64,000 nucleotides of DNA from the NCBI GenBank assembly GCA_013239625.1, contig MU053304.1:620001-684000 (forward strand). The letters run 5' to 3'. The notes below the pieces were generated by a model that saw only the letters and a program-made list of their open reading frames with translations, did no database searches and was not told where the DNA came from. Below are positions 36,558-49,790 of this stretch, one piece after another. Both the position numbers and the translations under genes were made by a program. The stretch is from Lama guanicoe. Lineage: Eukaryota. Positions within the stretch are counted from its first letter, which is position 1. Every line of letters starts with the position of its first letter.

Positions 36558-39400
36558 TCATCCAAACTGAAGCTCAGAGAGAAAACAATTGGGGGGAGAA
36601 ATGAACAGAGCCTCAATGTGACAGTATCAAATTGTCCAACACATGTCTAAATGAGTCCAAGAAGGAGGGGAGAAAATGAAAAGACAGACAAACCACTTAG
36701 AAAAATAATGGCTGAAAAATATTTAAAATGTTTAAATAGCCAAACTGAGAGGGCCCATTACATGCAAAGGAATATCTGTAAGAATGATGGCTAATCTCAT
36801 CAGGAAAGCTACAAGACAATGGCTATCTTTAAAGTTCTAAACGAAAAATATCAACCTAGAATTCTGTTATCTACAAAGTATTCTTCAAAGATGAAACCAA
36901 AATAAGTCATTTTCAAACAAATGAAGCTGAGTGAACTCATCACCAGTATACCTGCATTTCAAGAAAGGCTAAAGAAGTTTTTCAGGCTGAAGGGAAATAT
37001 CAGATGGAAAATGATCTATAGGAAGAAATAAAGAGCAATGGAAATGGTAAATAATATTCCCATTGAAAGACTACTGTCTACTGCAAAAGCAATACATATA
37101 TTCTGAGGTTTATAATATATGTAAAAGTAAAATACATGACAAAATGGCACAAACTAAGGGAAGTGAAATAATATGATTGTAAGATTCTTGTATTACACTT
37201 AAACTAGTATAATGTTAATTCAAGGTAAGCAGTGATAAATTAAAAATGCATACTGTAATCCCCGGGGCAAACATTAAATAATACAAAGAGCTATAGCTGA
37301 AAGGCCAATAGAGAATATGGAATACTAATTTTAAAGAGACGGAATGTTAAAAAATAACTCAACCCAAAACAAAGTAGAAGAACAAGGATTAGAAGGAACA
37401 TTAGAAAACAAATACTGCAATGACAGAGTTAAACTCAGTCATACCAATAATTACAATAAGTGAAAATAGACCAAAGAATAAAAAGGCAGAGAGTGTCAGA
37501 CTGGACGAAAAACACAAGAACTAACTATAAGCTATTTACAAGGGATGCATGTTAAATACAAAGAAAAAGACAGTAAAAGGATGGAAAAAGATATACCATG
37601 AAAACACCAGGCATGAGAAATCTGTTGTGGCTCTATCAATATCAGACAAGTAGATTTCAAAATGAGGAGTATAACCAAACATAAAGAAGGACGTTTTATA
37701 ATGGAAAAAAGGTCAATTTATCTGAAATATATAGCAATCCTAAATGTATATTCACTTAATAACAGTTTTATGATATGTGAAGCAGAAATTGACAAAGCTA
37801 AAAGGAAAAATAGACAAATTTGCAAATCACAGTTGCAGATTTTAACACTTCTCATTTAGTAATAGATGAAGTAGGTAGCTTAATTTATCAGTAGTGATAT
37901 AGATGAATTGAACACTATTTAGCCAAGTGGACCTAACAACATAAGAATACACATTTTTTTCAAGTGTACATTGAATATTAACCAAAATATTCTAGGCCAC
38001 AAAACAAGCCTCAAGAAATTTCAAAGACTGAAAAACACACATAGTATCTTCTCTGACATAACAGAAATAAATTAGAAACCAGTAACAATAAGACATCTAT
38101 CTAGAAAAACCCCTGAATATTTGGACATTGAGTACACTTCTGAAAAGCACTTCTGAATGGGTCAAAGTAGAAATCAGAAGAAAAATTAGATAATATTACA
38201 AAGTGAATGATAATGAAAACACATTTGGCATGCAGATAAAGCAGTGTTTAGATGGAAATTTATAAATTTAAATGTTTTAGAAAAGAAAGGAGAAAGACTT
38301 TAAATTAATGATCTAAGTTTCCAGATTAAGAAGGTAAAAAAGGAAGAGAAAATTATGCCAAAAATAAACAGAAAAAGGAAATAATAAAAATAAGAATGAA
38401 AATTAATGATACAGAAAATCAAGGCAAAAGTTGGTTCATTGGAAGGTTCAAAAGCATTAGTACAATTGATAGCAAGACTGATTAAAAACAAAATGAAATG
38501 AAAACAGAAATCGCCAATAAATTGAACAACTTAGACAAAATGAGCAAATTCTTTGAAAGCACAACTTTCCAAAACTGACACAAGAAGAAATGGAGCACCG
38601 GAATAGCTAGCCCTACGTCCACTGGAGACATTGAACTCACTATTCAAATTTATAAAGTTACAAAGGTATTTAATGGGGAAAAGATAATCTTTCCAACAAG
38701 TGGTGTTTAAAAAACTAGGTATTCATTGACACAACATTGTAAAATGATTATAACTCAATAAAAAATGTTTTTAAAAAACTAGATATTCATATTTTAAGAA
38801 ATGAACCTCAACTTTTACTTAACAGTGTATACAAAAATGATTTGAGATGGATAACAAGTGCAAATACAAAACTTAAAACTGTAAAGCTTCTAGAAGAAAA
38901 TAAAGGAGACTATATTTATGACCTAAGGGTAGGGAAAGATTTCTTAGGATACAAAAGGCTTTAACCATAAATGGGAAAAAAAAAAGGATAAATTGTACTT
39001 CATCAAAATTAAAATGTCTGCTCATCAGAAGACACTGTTGAGAAAATGAAAGAACAGGCCATAGATTAGGAGAAAACAGTCACAATACACGTGTATTTCT
39101 GATAAAGGATTTGTACCCATAATATACAAAGGACTGAAAACCATAATAAAATGACAACCCAATGAAAACACTAAAGTCTTGAACAGACACTTTAAAAAAG
39201 AAGATATCTGGTTAGGAAAAAGAAGAGACATGGAAAAGTGCTCAGCATTATTAGTCCTCAGAAAAATACAAATTAAATCCGCAGTGAGCTACCACCATAT
39301 ACCCACCAGCATGGCTAAAATTAAAACTACTGACGATGCCAAATGTGGTCAAGGATATAGAGCTAGAACTCGCAGGTTGCTGGTAGAATGTAAAATGGCA

Positions 39401-41961
39401 GAGGCACGCTTTGTCTTATTGTGCTGTGCTTTGCTGTACTTTGCAGATATTGTGTTTTTTATAAATTGAAGTTTTGTGGCAACTCTGCGTCAAGCAAGTC
39501 TATTGGTGCCGTTTTTCCAATAGCATTTGCTTACTTCATGTCTCTGTGTCACGTACTGGTAATTCTCACAGTTCTTCCAGTTTTTTCGTTGTTGTTATAT
39601 TTGTTTTGGTGATCGGTGATCAGTGATGTTTGATGTTAGCATTGTAATTGTTTTGAGGCGCCATGAGCCACACCCGCATAGGACAGCGGACTTAATCGGT
39701 GAGTGTGTGTGTTCTGACTGCTCCACTAACTGAAGTGCCTCCATCTCTCACACTCTCCTCAGGCCTCCATATTCCCTGAGACATAGTATTGAAATTAGGC
39801 CAGTTAAAAACCCTACAGTGGCTTCTAAGTATTCAAGTGAAAGGAAGCTCTCACTTTAAATCAAAAGCTAGAAATGGTTAAGCTTAGTGAGGAAGGCAGG
39901 TCAAAAGCCCAGACATGCTCAAAGCTAAGCCTCTGGCACCAAAGAGCCGAGTTGTGAATTCAAAGGAAAAGTTCTTGAAGGAAATGAAAAGTACTATTCA
40001 GTGAACATATGAATGATAAGAGAGTGAAACAGCCCTATTGCTGATATGGAGAAAGTTTGGTCCAGATACAAGATCAAACCAGCCACAACATTCCCTTCAG
40101 CCAAAGCCTAATCCAGAGCAAGGCCCTGACTCTCTTCAGTTCTATGAAGGCTGAGGGAGGTGAGGAGGCTGCAGGAGAAGAGTCTGAAGCTCGCAGAAGT
40201 TGGTTCATGAGGTTTAAGGAAAGAAGCTGTCCCCATAACAGAAAAGTGCAAGGTGAAGCAACAAGTGCAGATGTGGAAGCTGAGGAAAGTTCTCCAGAAG
40301 ATCTAGCTGAGATAATGAAGGTGGAAACACTAAACAACAGATCTTCAGTGTCAACAAAATAGCTTTATATTGGAAGATGCCACATAGGACTTTCATAGCT
40401 AGAGAGAAGTCAATGCCTTGCTTCAAAGCTTCAGAGGACAGCTGACTCTCTTGTTAAAGGGGCTAAAGCAGCTGGTGACTTTAAGTTGAAGCCAATGCTC
40501 ATTTACCATTCCAAAAATCATAGGACTCTTAAAAATTACACTAAATCTACTTTACCTGTGTTCTATAAATGGAATAACAAAGTCTGGATGACAGCTCAAT
40601 CTGTTTACAACATAGTTTACTGAATATTTTAAGCCCACTGTTAAAACCTACTGCTTAAACCTACTGCTCAGGAAAAAAGATTCCTTTCAAAATATTATTG
40701 CTCATTTTCAACGCACCTGGCCACCCAAGAGCTCTGATGGAAATGTACGATGAGATTCATGTTGTTTTCATGCCTCTAACATGGCATCTGTTCTGTAGTC
40801 CATGATCGATGAGTAATTTCTTAAGCCTATAGCTCCACAGACAGTGATTTCTCTGATGGATCTGGGCAATGTAGAGTTGACCCTTGAAAAATGCAGGGGT
40901 TAGTGGTTCCTACCGTCCTCACAGTTGAAAATCTGTATTCTGCTTTCTCTGCCTCAAAAACAAAGGAATTGATAAAGGCAGGAAGCTGAAAGAGTGAATA
41001 GAATAAGGACTCAAAGCTTAGATCACATACTGTGATCTCCATTTGAACACAAGCTTTTTCTCACACTTAATTTAAAGATCTGTCAAATGAAAATACAGGT
41101 ACTATATTTATTGAAAAAAATCTGCTTTTAAGTGGACCCTCGAATTTCAAACCCATGTTGTTCAAAGGTCAACTGGAAATTGAAAACCTTCTGAAAAGAA
41201 TTCACCATTCTAGATGCCATTAAGAACATTCACGGTTCACGGGAAGAGGTCAAAGTATCAACATTAACAGGAGTTTAGAAGAAGTTGATTCCAACCCTCA
41301 TGGATGACTTTGAGGGGCTCAAGACTCAGTGGAGGAAGTAATTGCAATGAGGTGGAAACAGCAAGAGAACTAGCATTAGAAGTGGAGGCTGAAGATGTGT
41401 CTGAATTGCTGAAATCTCATGCTCAAACTTTAACATGTGAGGAGTTGCTTCTTATGGATGAGCAAAGAAAGTGGTTTCCTGAGGTGGGATCTACTCCTGG
41501 TGAAGATGCTGTGAAGATTGTTGAAATGACAACAAAGGACTTAGAATATTACCTACACATACTTGTTAAATCGGTGGCAGGGTTTAAGATGATTGATTCC
41601 AATTTTGAAAGTTCTACTGTTGGTAACATGTTATCAAACAGCATTGCATGCTGTGGAGAAATCATTCCTGAAAGGAAGAGTCAATCCATGTAGTGAACTT
41701 CATTATCATTTTATTTTCAGAAATTGCCACAACCACCCCAATCTTCAGCAAACACCACCCTGATTAGTCAGCAGCTGTCAACATTCAGACAAGATCCTCT
41801 ACCAGCATAAAGATTACGACTCACTGAAGACTCAGATGATAGTTAGCATAACTTTTTTATGCACTGGGAAAGCAAAAAATTCGTGTGACTTGCTTTAATG
41901 CAATATTTGCTTTATTGCAGTAGTCTGGAACCGAACCTGCAATATCTCCAAGGTCTGTCTG
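39401..41961 (+). mobile_element. Near full-length Tigger1 (TcMar/pogo) with degenerate transposase
   Basis: Both ends match recalled Tigger1; TA-type insertion; transposase remnants ([21 protein letters not shown]…[27 protein letters not shown]). Confidence 0.9.
40874..41175. mobile_element. Tigger2-type MITE nested in Tigger1
   Basis: TIRs gAGTTGACCCTTGAA / TTCAAAGGTCAACTG; splits Tigger1 at a TA. Confidence 0.75.
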
Positions 41962-42634
41962 TAGAGCCATTTTGGAAAGCATCTGACGATTTATTATAAA
42001 GTTAAACATACACCTATAGTGAAAGTTTATAATAGTGTAAAGTTAAACATACAGTTATCTGATGACTCATCAGTTTCACTCCTAAGTATTTACACAGGAG
42101 AAATGAAAACATAATATGTCCACAAAAAAATCTTGCAGCTGCTTTACTCATAAGAGCCAAGAACTGGAAACCACACAAATGACCATCAAGAGGAGAATGG
42201 ATGAATAAACTGTGGTATATTAATGTAATGGAATACTCCTCCGCAATAAAAAGGAACAAACTAATTTACTCAACAACTCGAGTGACTCAAAAATATTATA
42301 TGGAGTGAGAGAAGGCAGACTAACAAGCAAAACTAAACACTCGTCATAGAAACAAACAGTGGCTGCCTCTGGGGATGGGGGTAGACTGAGTGGCAAGAAG
42401 CTCAAGGGAATTTCTGGGGCAATGGAAATCATCTAAATCTTGATTGGGGCTGGTGGTTACAGATGTATGCAATTGTCAAAACTCATAAAACTGCACGTTA
42501 TGATTTGTGTATGTTACTGAGTATAAATTATACATGACCTTTAAAAATGTATAAGCAAGTTAAAGTCAAATTTTAATTCTTAAAAGACATATTGGTGTGA
42601 AAACTCTTATTTAATTTGAAATAAAACATTTAAC

Positions 42635-43050
42635 TATATAACTACAAGGATATATTGTACAACACAAGGAATATAGCCAATATTTTTTAAACACTTTTTT
42701 TTATTGAGTTATAGTCATTTTACAATGTTGTGTCAAATTCCAGTGTAGAGCACAATTTTTCAGTTATACATGAACACACATACATTCATTGTCACATTCT
42801 CTTTCACTGTGAGCCACCACAAGATCCTGTATATATTTCTCTGTGCTACACAGTACAATCTTGTTTATTTACTCTACATTTTGAAATCCTAGTCTGTCCC
42901 TTCCCACACCCCTGTTCCCCTGGCGGAATATAGCCAATATTTTATAATAACTATAAATGGAGTATAGCCTTTAAAAACATGTGAATCACTGTATTGTACA
43001 CCTGTAACAAATAATATTGTGTATCTACTATACTTCAATTAAAAAATAAA
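42635..43050 (+). mobile_element. L1 3' end with a nested minus-strand young L1 stub (42687-42924)
   Basis: 19-bp TSD ggaatatagccaatatttt at 42668-86 and 42925-43. Confidence 0.8.
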
Positions 43051-43064
43051 TGAAAGATACTATA

Positions 43065-44740
43065 GGGTGGTCTTTGAGAAAATACACACATAATTTTGTA
43101 CATCCAATTGATTTCAATTTTCCTTTTTGATCAGTTCTGAAAATCTTCATTTGCAAAGATACATACCTAGGCTTCCAGGGCTTCCTTTATCAGATGAAGA
43201 CAGGCTTTTCTCAAAGACTAAGAGAATTCTTCACAGCTCTTTTAGTCAAACTCTTTCAGTCATTAGTATTTTTGTCCTAAGAACAATGAGTTCATCCTTT
43301 GCTAGGTCACCATTCAGAAGCATGTTATCTCAGAAAGAAGAGAATTGTGGATTCATGGTTCAACTTTGATGCCCTAACTACTGAAATAACTTTTGAAAGA
43401 GTTATGAAATGTTTCCAGGCGTTGGAAACTTTCTCTTGGCAAAGAAATTGAGAGAATGTTTTGCGTCTGCTCTCTGTCCTGGTAGAGCTCTTCCCCAGCC
43501 CAGGATAATTTGCAGAGATGTTGGCACAATATTCTCCTTCCACATTGTAAGCTCCACCAAGAAAGCGTGTCAGTTTTTTAGCATTGTAAATGGTGGCTTC
43601 AGGACTTTGAAGAGGAAGACATCTCATTCACATAGTTAAAAATATCTGCCAAGGATAAAATATTTTCCTTCAAAGAGTTTCCAAAAGTGGGCTTTCTTTT
43701 TCTTTTGGTGGGGGTGGGGAAGTAAGACTTCTGCTGTTAGTCTGAACAAAGCTCTTGTCCTTTGAAAGCCAGTGTTTTCCCATTTCCTGATGAACTTTTT
43801 AAAATGCAGTGACTGAGAAACCTGTTTCTCAGGGAGGTGATGACTTTGATCCATGTTGACTAAACATCTTCCAGAGATGTCAGAAAAGTCTTTATTACCT
43901 GTATTCGTCTGTGTCAAAAGCATTGAGTGATGACAACGTGGAGTCTAATCACTAAGTTTGCAAAATCAGCTTTACAGGAGGTCCATCTGGACAGAGAATG
44001 AAGCTTTTCGTCCCAGGCAAATTTTTCTTTGGCAAAGACCCTTCTTACCCCTTCCAAAATGTCCACAGCCTTTGGAGTTTGCAAAGGCGACTCAGGGAGT
44101 AAGAATTCTTTGCTAGTGCCAGCACGCCCACAGTGAGCGAAAGCAAGAAGCTGCCTGCTTTTAAATTGGTGAGGCTACTGTTTCCTCAATGAGCTGCTTC
44201 AACATGTTAAAAGAAATGTCATCTATTCTAGAACGTACCTCACCACGTGACAAGGAAACTGCTTCCAGTATTTTCTTCTGATTCTATCCAAAAAGCAGCT
44301 TGATAATCTCTGTGCACGTGCTGTTGCACTGTAACAAGATTCCCTGACAGTGTGGGAGATTTTTCTCTGGGCCTCTGGTGAGCAATTTTGGAGGATGCTC
44401 CAATAAAAGCTTATGGTGAGAAAGCAAATCCCAGTGTTGGAAGTGTTCTAGCTTTTTTGTTTATTTGTTTGTCTGTTTATCTGTTTGTTTGTTTATTGTT
44501 GGGGGCTAGCTTTTTTGAATTGAGCTTTCCTTATACAACCCCCCCCCAACATCTTTAAAAGCATTTTCAGGAGGGATAGACATGCCATTCCCTTTCCATT
44601 TTGCTGGTTTCATTCTTCCATTGACAAGGATTTTTTACTACAAGAAACACTGCGGTTCTGTGTCCTGTCATGTTCATTATTAAAAGTGAAACTGGATAAT
44701 ACATAGTCTTTCTCATAACTTCCGTATTACTCCTGCAATG
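43065..44740 (-). pseudogene. Degenerate hAT/Buster-type transposase (BED finger, catalytic core and C-terminal dimerisation domain; ZBED8-like)
   Basis: Manual translation across frameshifts gives YEKDYV..FTF..PQCFL..MKPAK; SLSRGEVRSRIDDIS; QLLAF..KEFL..KAVDIL; HVVITQCF.HR; WLSK; LADIFNYVNE; YLCK.RFS. These motifs are colinear with Buster transposases; many stops and frameshifts. Confidence 0.85.
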
Positions 44741-45092
44741 TGATTTCTTTCGGTGTCTGTGATGGTCTTCTGATGTGTCAGCCTGGCCCGGTACAGTTTC
44801 CCGTTCTTCAGTCCAACACTAAGCTAGATGTTGCAGGGAAGATGTTTTGTAGATGGGCTGAACGTTACTAGGAGATTACCCCACATAATCTGGGGGGGCC
44901 TAATTCAAACAGGTGAAAGGCTGTAAGAGCAGAGTGGAAGATTCCCCAAAGAAGCTCTGCCCCTGCCCTTTGGCTCCTTTTGGACAGCTCCAGCCCGCCC
45001 TCCCCGATGGTCTGCCCTGTGGGTTTCAGACGTGCCCACCCCGCAATCCTGAAAGCCAGTTCCTTACAATACCACAAGTCTCTTAACATATA

Positions 45093-46607
45093 TAGCTGAT
45101 CCTCATTATTTATGGATTTTGTATTTGCAAAATCTTTTTTTTAACTTTTAAGAAATTGAAATATAGTTGATAGTGGTAGTGTTTAGATACATGCTTGGTC
45201 TTGCTTTTTCTTGTATAGCATTTTTCAATAAACTTAAAGAAATATATTAGTTTCTGGTGAACAGCATTTCAGTTTTATATATATAGTGATTCAGTTTTAT
45301 ATATACATAAAATATATATATATATTAGTTAATATATTTTATATATATATATATATTCTTTTTCATTACAGGTTACTACAAGCCATTGAATATAGTTCTC
45401 TGTGCTACACAGAAGAAACTAGTTATTTATCTGTTTTATATATAGTGGTTGGTATCAGCAAATCCCAAACTCCCAGTTGATTCTTCCCTTCCCCCTTTCC
45501 CTGCTGGTAACCATAAGTTTGTTTTCTATGTCTGTGAATCTCTTTCTGTTTTGTAAATAAGTTCATTTGTATCATTTTTTTTTAGATTCCACATATAAAT
45601 GATATCATAGGATATTTGTCTTTCTCTGACTTACTCCACTCAGTATGATAATCACTAGGTCCATCCATGTTGCTGCAAATGGCATTATGTCATTCATTTT
45701 TATGGCTGAGTAGCATTCCATTGTATATATATGCACCACAACTTCTTTATCCAGTCATCTGTTGATGGACATTTAGTTTGCTTCCATATCTTGGCTATTG
45801 TAAATAGTGCTACTATAAACACTGGGGTACATGTACCTTTTCTGAAAATTCTTTTTTAAAAAATAAAATTCATTTGTAACCCCCAAATCAATACTCACGG
45901 TGCTTTCATGGTCACATGGAATAATACGCATAGTTATTCAGGACACGTGCAGAGAGGCAAAGACTTTGAGACATTCAATGTGCACATAAATGGCTGCAGC
46001 TGGATAAGCTGACCCTGCCTTCTTGTTTCAGCTCTCACACTGTAAGTGTGTCCTTTCCACGATCCATTTAGTGCTGTAGTTTTAGCATTTTTGTCCTTTA
46101 TGTTGATGACTTTGCTGTTTGAAACGACCCCCTTGGATAGTGCTGAGGTGCAGTCTAGTGTCCTGACCACAAGAGGGCTGAGTGTGGTGTGCTTTAAGGA
46201 GAAAAACGTGTGTTAGACAAACTTCGTTCAGGAGTGAATTACAGTGCTGTCGTTGTAAGTTCAATGTTCACAAACCAACATATAGGGGGAGGGTATTGCT
46301 CAAGTGGTAGGGCACATGCTTAGCATGCATGAGGTCCTGGGTTCAATTCCCTAGCACCTCCTCTACATAAATAAATAAATAAACCTAATTACCTCCCCCA
46401 CCAAAATAAATAAATAAATGAAATAATAAAAGAATTGAAAAAACCAAAAAACAAACCAACGTATATATAAAATTAGGTGTCTTTAAACAGAAACACACCT
46501 AAAACAGGGTTATATGCTGATCAATCGATGAAGTTTTCCCCGGGAGCAATGCTCCAGTGTTTGCAGTGATTTTATAGAACATCACTGCCACAGATAAGAA
46601 CAGACCG
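45093..46607 (+). mobile_element. MER82-like Tigger-derived element containing an L1 3' fragment (~45135-45845, minus strand) and a SINE
   Basis: TA flanks at 45091-92 and 46608-09; body matches recalled MER82 (tttgtaacccccaaatcaatactc…aaacagaaacacac). Confidence 0.8.
46285..46450 (+). mobile_element. tRNA-derived SINE (Vic-1-type)
   Basis: tRNA-like head, (TAAA)n tail, 15-bp TSD acaaaccaac(a/g)tata. Confidence 0.88.
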
Positions 46608-47330
46608 TATCTCCTACCGATTGTGTTTCTCTGGTTAAAAGTCTGACTGATAGAGTGACAGTCACAGAACTGCTAATATTACTGTGCTTTGTTGCCTACA
46701 TTTACAACTAAAGGAAATTTAAGGGTGAAAATGAAGATGTAAGTTTTGTTCCCATCTAAGTGTATGGACCTCCTGAATTTGTGGTCTCCAGGTTAAGACC
46801 ACATCTGAAGTCGAACAGAAGATCATGGAGGAGGACCACACTGCCCGTGGTGGTCAGGTAGTGCAGGCTGGAGGCAGGGAGGTTTCCACAGACTCTAAAG
46901 AGGCCAGTGAGGCCCCAAGGCTGGGAGAGCTGAGGGAGGCCCAGGTGAGGCTGTGCTCTGCTGCTTGGGTACCACCCAGCATGTTACCTGCGGTTATTCT
47001 TCAAGGGGTGATTGTCCCCAAGGCTGGGACATCCGGGAGAAAAATGTTTGCCTCCAGTGCTGAGGAGGAGTGGCCTGCACAGAGGGGAGTTTGGCCCAAG
47101 TAGCTCCGAGGTCCCTCCCCGCGGGGAGCCTGAGAAGATAAAACCAGTGTCACCAGGGGCTGGACACCACCCGCCTCTCCTCATCTACTGTTCTACCTCT
47201 GCTTTTAAACCTCCTTCTGTCTGGACAAACTCACCTTTTGCTTTGTTGTTAAATTAACCAGTACACCCTGGCTTACTGGGCCTGGGATGGCCCTTTGGCT
47301 GGCTGTGCACACAGGCCCGCTCTCCCATCT

Positions 47331-47483
47331 TATTTAATTTTTTAAATTAAAAAAAAATTTTTTTGTGGGGAGACATAGTTAGATTTATTTATTTATTTAT
47401 TTTAATGGAGATACTGGGGATTGAACCCAGGACCTCCTGCATGCTAAGCACCAGCTCTACCCCTGAGCTCTACCTTCCTCCTT
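47331..47483 (-). mobile_element. tRNA-derived SINE (Vic-1-type)
   Basis: Reverse complement of the same SINE; TSD tctcccatc. Confidence 0.85.
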
Positions 47484-48859
47484 TCTCCCATCCTAGAAGG
47501 TGAGAATGGTCCAGTCGGCCAGGCTCATTAGAAAGGTGGGCTGGTAATCCGTCCTGTCCTGGCCACTGTGCCATTCTGCTTAAGTTCTGAGGACATGAGG
47601 ACTTGCTCCTGTCACCCACAGGCCACGGGGCTGGGCCTTGGTCCTTCTTGGCTGGGCTCACATTTTACCTCCAATTGTTGGCACTCCCTTAAGCACAGCT
47701 CCTTGAACCCATGATATCACCCTCTATCATAGGTTGTATTGTGCCCATTTTGTGAACAAGAACTGAGCTTCACAGGGTAACTAGACTGACTGGCAAAATG
47801 TTTTTTTCCAGGCTGAGCTGACCCCATCTCACTTTACCCACTCTCAGATGTCAGCTTTGCCAGAACTTTGCCTCATATTTCTGCTGTTGGGTAAGGATGT
47901 GGCCCTGTTTTTGGCCCTGGCTCTGTGGCCTTCCATCCCTGAATGAGCTGACACCAATTCCTGGGGTGAGATGGGGGAGCTGCACATTTTTCCCAGAAGC
48001 CATTTCCCCATACTCATTCCTGGAGAAATGCTGTTGACCGACCAGGACCACTCTGCCCTCCCACTGCGGAAGACTGTGCTTTCACACTCTTTCCAATATC
48101 ACAACTGTGACGTCCCACGACATGTGGCTCAGGAATTGTCAGATGGAACCTTGAGATTCAACTATACCCCAAATGAACATGTTTGTCTTGAAATGGCTCC
48201 TCTGTGACCCGATCTCTTTTTTGGAGCCTGTTGGTGCTTTGCTAGCATCTTGACACCCGCCTGTGAGCCCAGGGAAATTGCAGATGGATCTGGGTGCACG
48301 TCCTGTCTTGGAATCTGCAGTGTTGCTTTGAGAGTCTGAGGAAAGCCATGGACCCTCTCCAGAAAAATCCACAGATCTGTACACAGAGAATTTTTTTTTC
48401 AGTGACTCTTGGAATTTTTATAATGGATGGTTTGGCAGGGTTTTCCTTCTTAAGAAGTCAGTATCAATTTCTACCAAAGTAGCATACATATAATTAAAAG
48501 TCAAGTTTAGTAAGTCATAGCAAAGAACTGCAATCGCCCATCCCATCACTTTCTGCCCTCCCCTCACCCTTAAGTCCTATTCTCCAGATTAACCCTTTTA
48601 ATCTTTTTAAGATTTCTTTTTTTTTAATTCTTATTTTTTATTGAAAGGTAGTCAATTTACAATGTTAGTTTCAGGTGTACAGCAAAGCAATTCAGTTATA
48701 CATACATATAAACATATATATATATATATATATATATATTCAGATTCTTTTCCTTTACAGCTCATTACAAGAAACTGAATATAGTTCCCTGTGCTATACA
48801 CCAGGTCTTGTTGTTTATTTTATATATAGCAATGCATACACAGAGAATCTTGCAAGCAA

Positions 48860-49790
48860 CTTCAAGGGGCTCAGGGACTTCCCCAGTCAGTCATATCCCC
48901 TGTGTCAAGCACCACTCATTCAGGCAAAGTGAAGACAAAAAGTAAAAGATTCCAGCCCTACTTTTACAACTGCTCTAAGACAACAGGGGTTGTGAATCCA
49001 GGGGCAGAGTCTTGGCCATGGCAAAGTTCAAATAGCGCGGTAGAATATAGGAACAGATCTGCCCCTGCCTGGGAGTTAGCTAAGCTGCTAGGTCATGGGC
49101 ATAGCCCTCCAGACTGCCAAGTCTACCCAAAGCGTCTCACACCTGCTGCAACAAGTTCAGCCAACTGTACTGTTTGAGGGAGCAGTCCCCACAAGACACC
49201 AGCTGCAAGTTCAGAGGTCCCAGGACCACCTTTACTTTAGACCTGTGGCTACAAATTTCAGGGTCCTCAAAAACAGGTTTGATAATTTGCTAGAATGCCT
49301 CACAGAACTTACGGTTATACTCACAGCCACATTTATCACAGGGAAGGATACAAATTAGAACCAACCAAAGGAAGAGATGCATAGGGTGAACTCCGGGGGC
49401 CTCCAAACATGGAGCTTTGCCCATCCTCTCCCTGTGGACCTATGCGTGGCATTACCCCTCCTGCCATGATGTGTGACAATATGCACAGAGGACTGCCAAC
49501 CTGGAAAGTTCACTGAGCTTCCGTGTCCAGCATTTGGACTGGGGTTTCATTATGTAGGTGAGAATCAGGGCCCATGCGGTTGAACTCAGTCTCCAGGCCA
49601 CCCCCTTCCCTGGAGGCCGAGCTGACAGCACACCAGAAGTCCCTTAGGTTAAAGCACCAGATGTGGTCCAGGGGCCCACCATGAATAACAAAGACATTCC
49701 TGTCACTTGGGAAATTCTAAGGTCTTAGAAGTTACTTCCCAGGAGCCAAGACTAAGTGACCTTTCTCATGAGGGAGGCCAAATTCCTTTG
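48860..49790 (-). mobile_element. MER21-like LTR
   Basis: aggtttgataatttgctagaatg…cacagaact…gaagagatgcatagg…aataacaaagacattcct match recalled MER21. Confidence 0.65.

Larger units (their letters stand above)
34840..42560 (+). mobile_element. Old, near full-span L1 (L1M-type 5' end, ORF1, endonuclease, internal deletion, 3' end), interrupted by an LTR, Tigger1 and small inserts
   Basis: A-rich ORF1/ORF2 remnants at 35620-39400. L1 text aaatgg|TA|gagccattttggaa is rejoined across Tigger1. Confidence 0.8.
44758..46654 (+). mobile_element. MLT2-type ERVL solo LTR split by MER82
   Basis: TGTGATGG start and …tgtttctctgg…ctgactgataga end; 5-bp TSD gtgtc/gtgac. Confidence 0.75.
34620..46807 (-). 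mobile_element. Fragmented full-length hAT-Charlie (Charlie4-like) DNA transposon. Pieces at ~34620-34830, ~43050-44757 and 46655-46807
   Basis: Both terminal regions match recalled Charlie4a ends. A transposase fossil lies between them, and the pieces are separated by nested insertions. Confidence 0.75.

Noticed and set aside
43325..43923. ORFs of 95-100 aa as a processed pseudogene of a cellular gene
   Set aside because: They lie inside the hAT transposase fossil, bounded by transposon ends, with no poly(A) tail.
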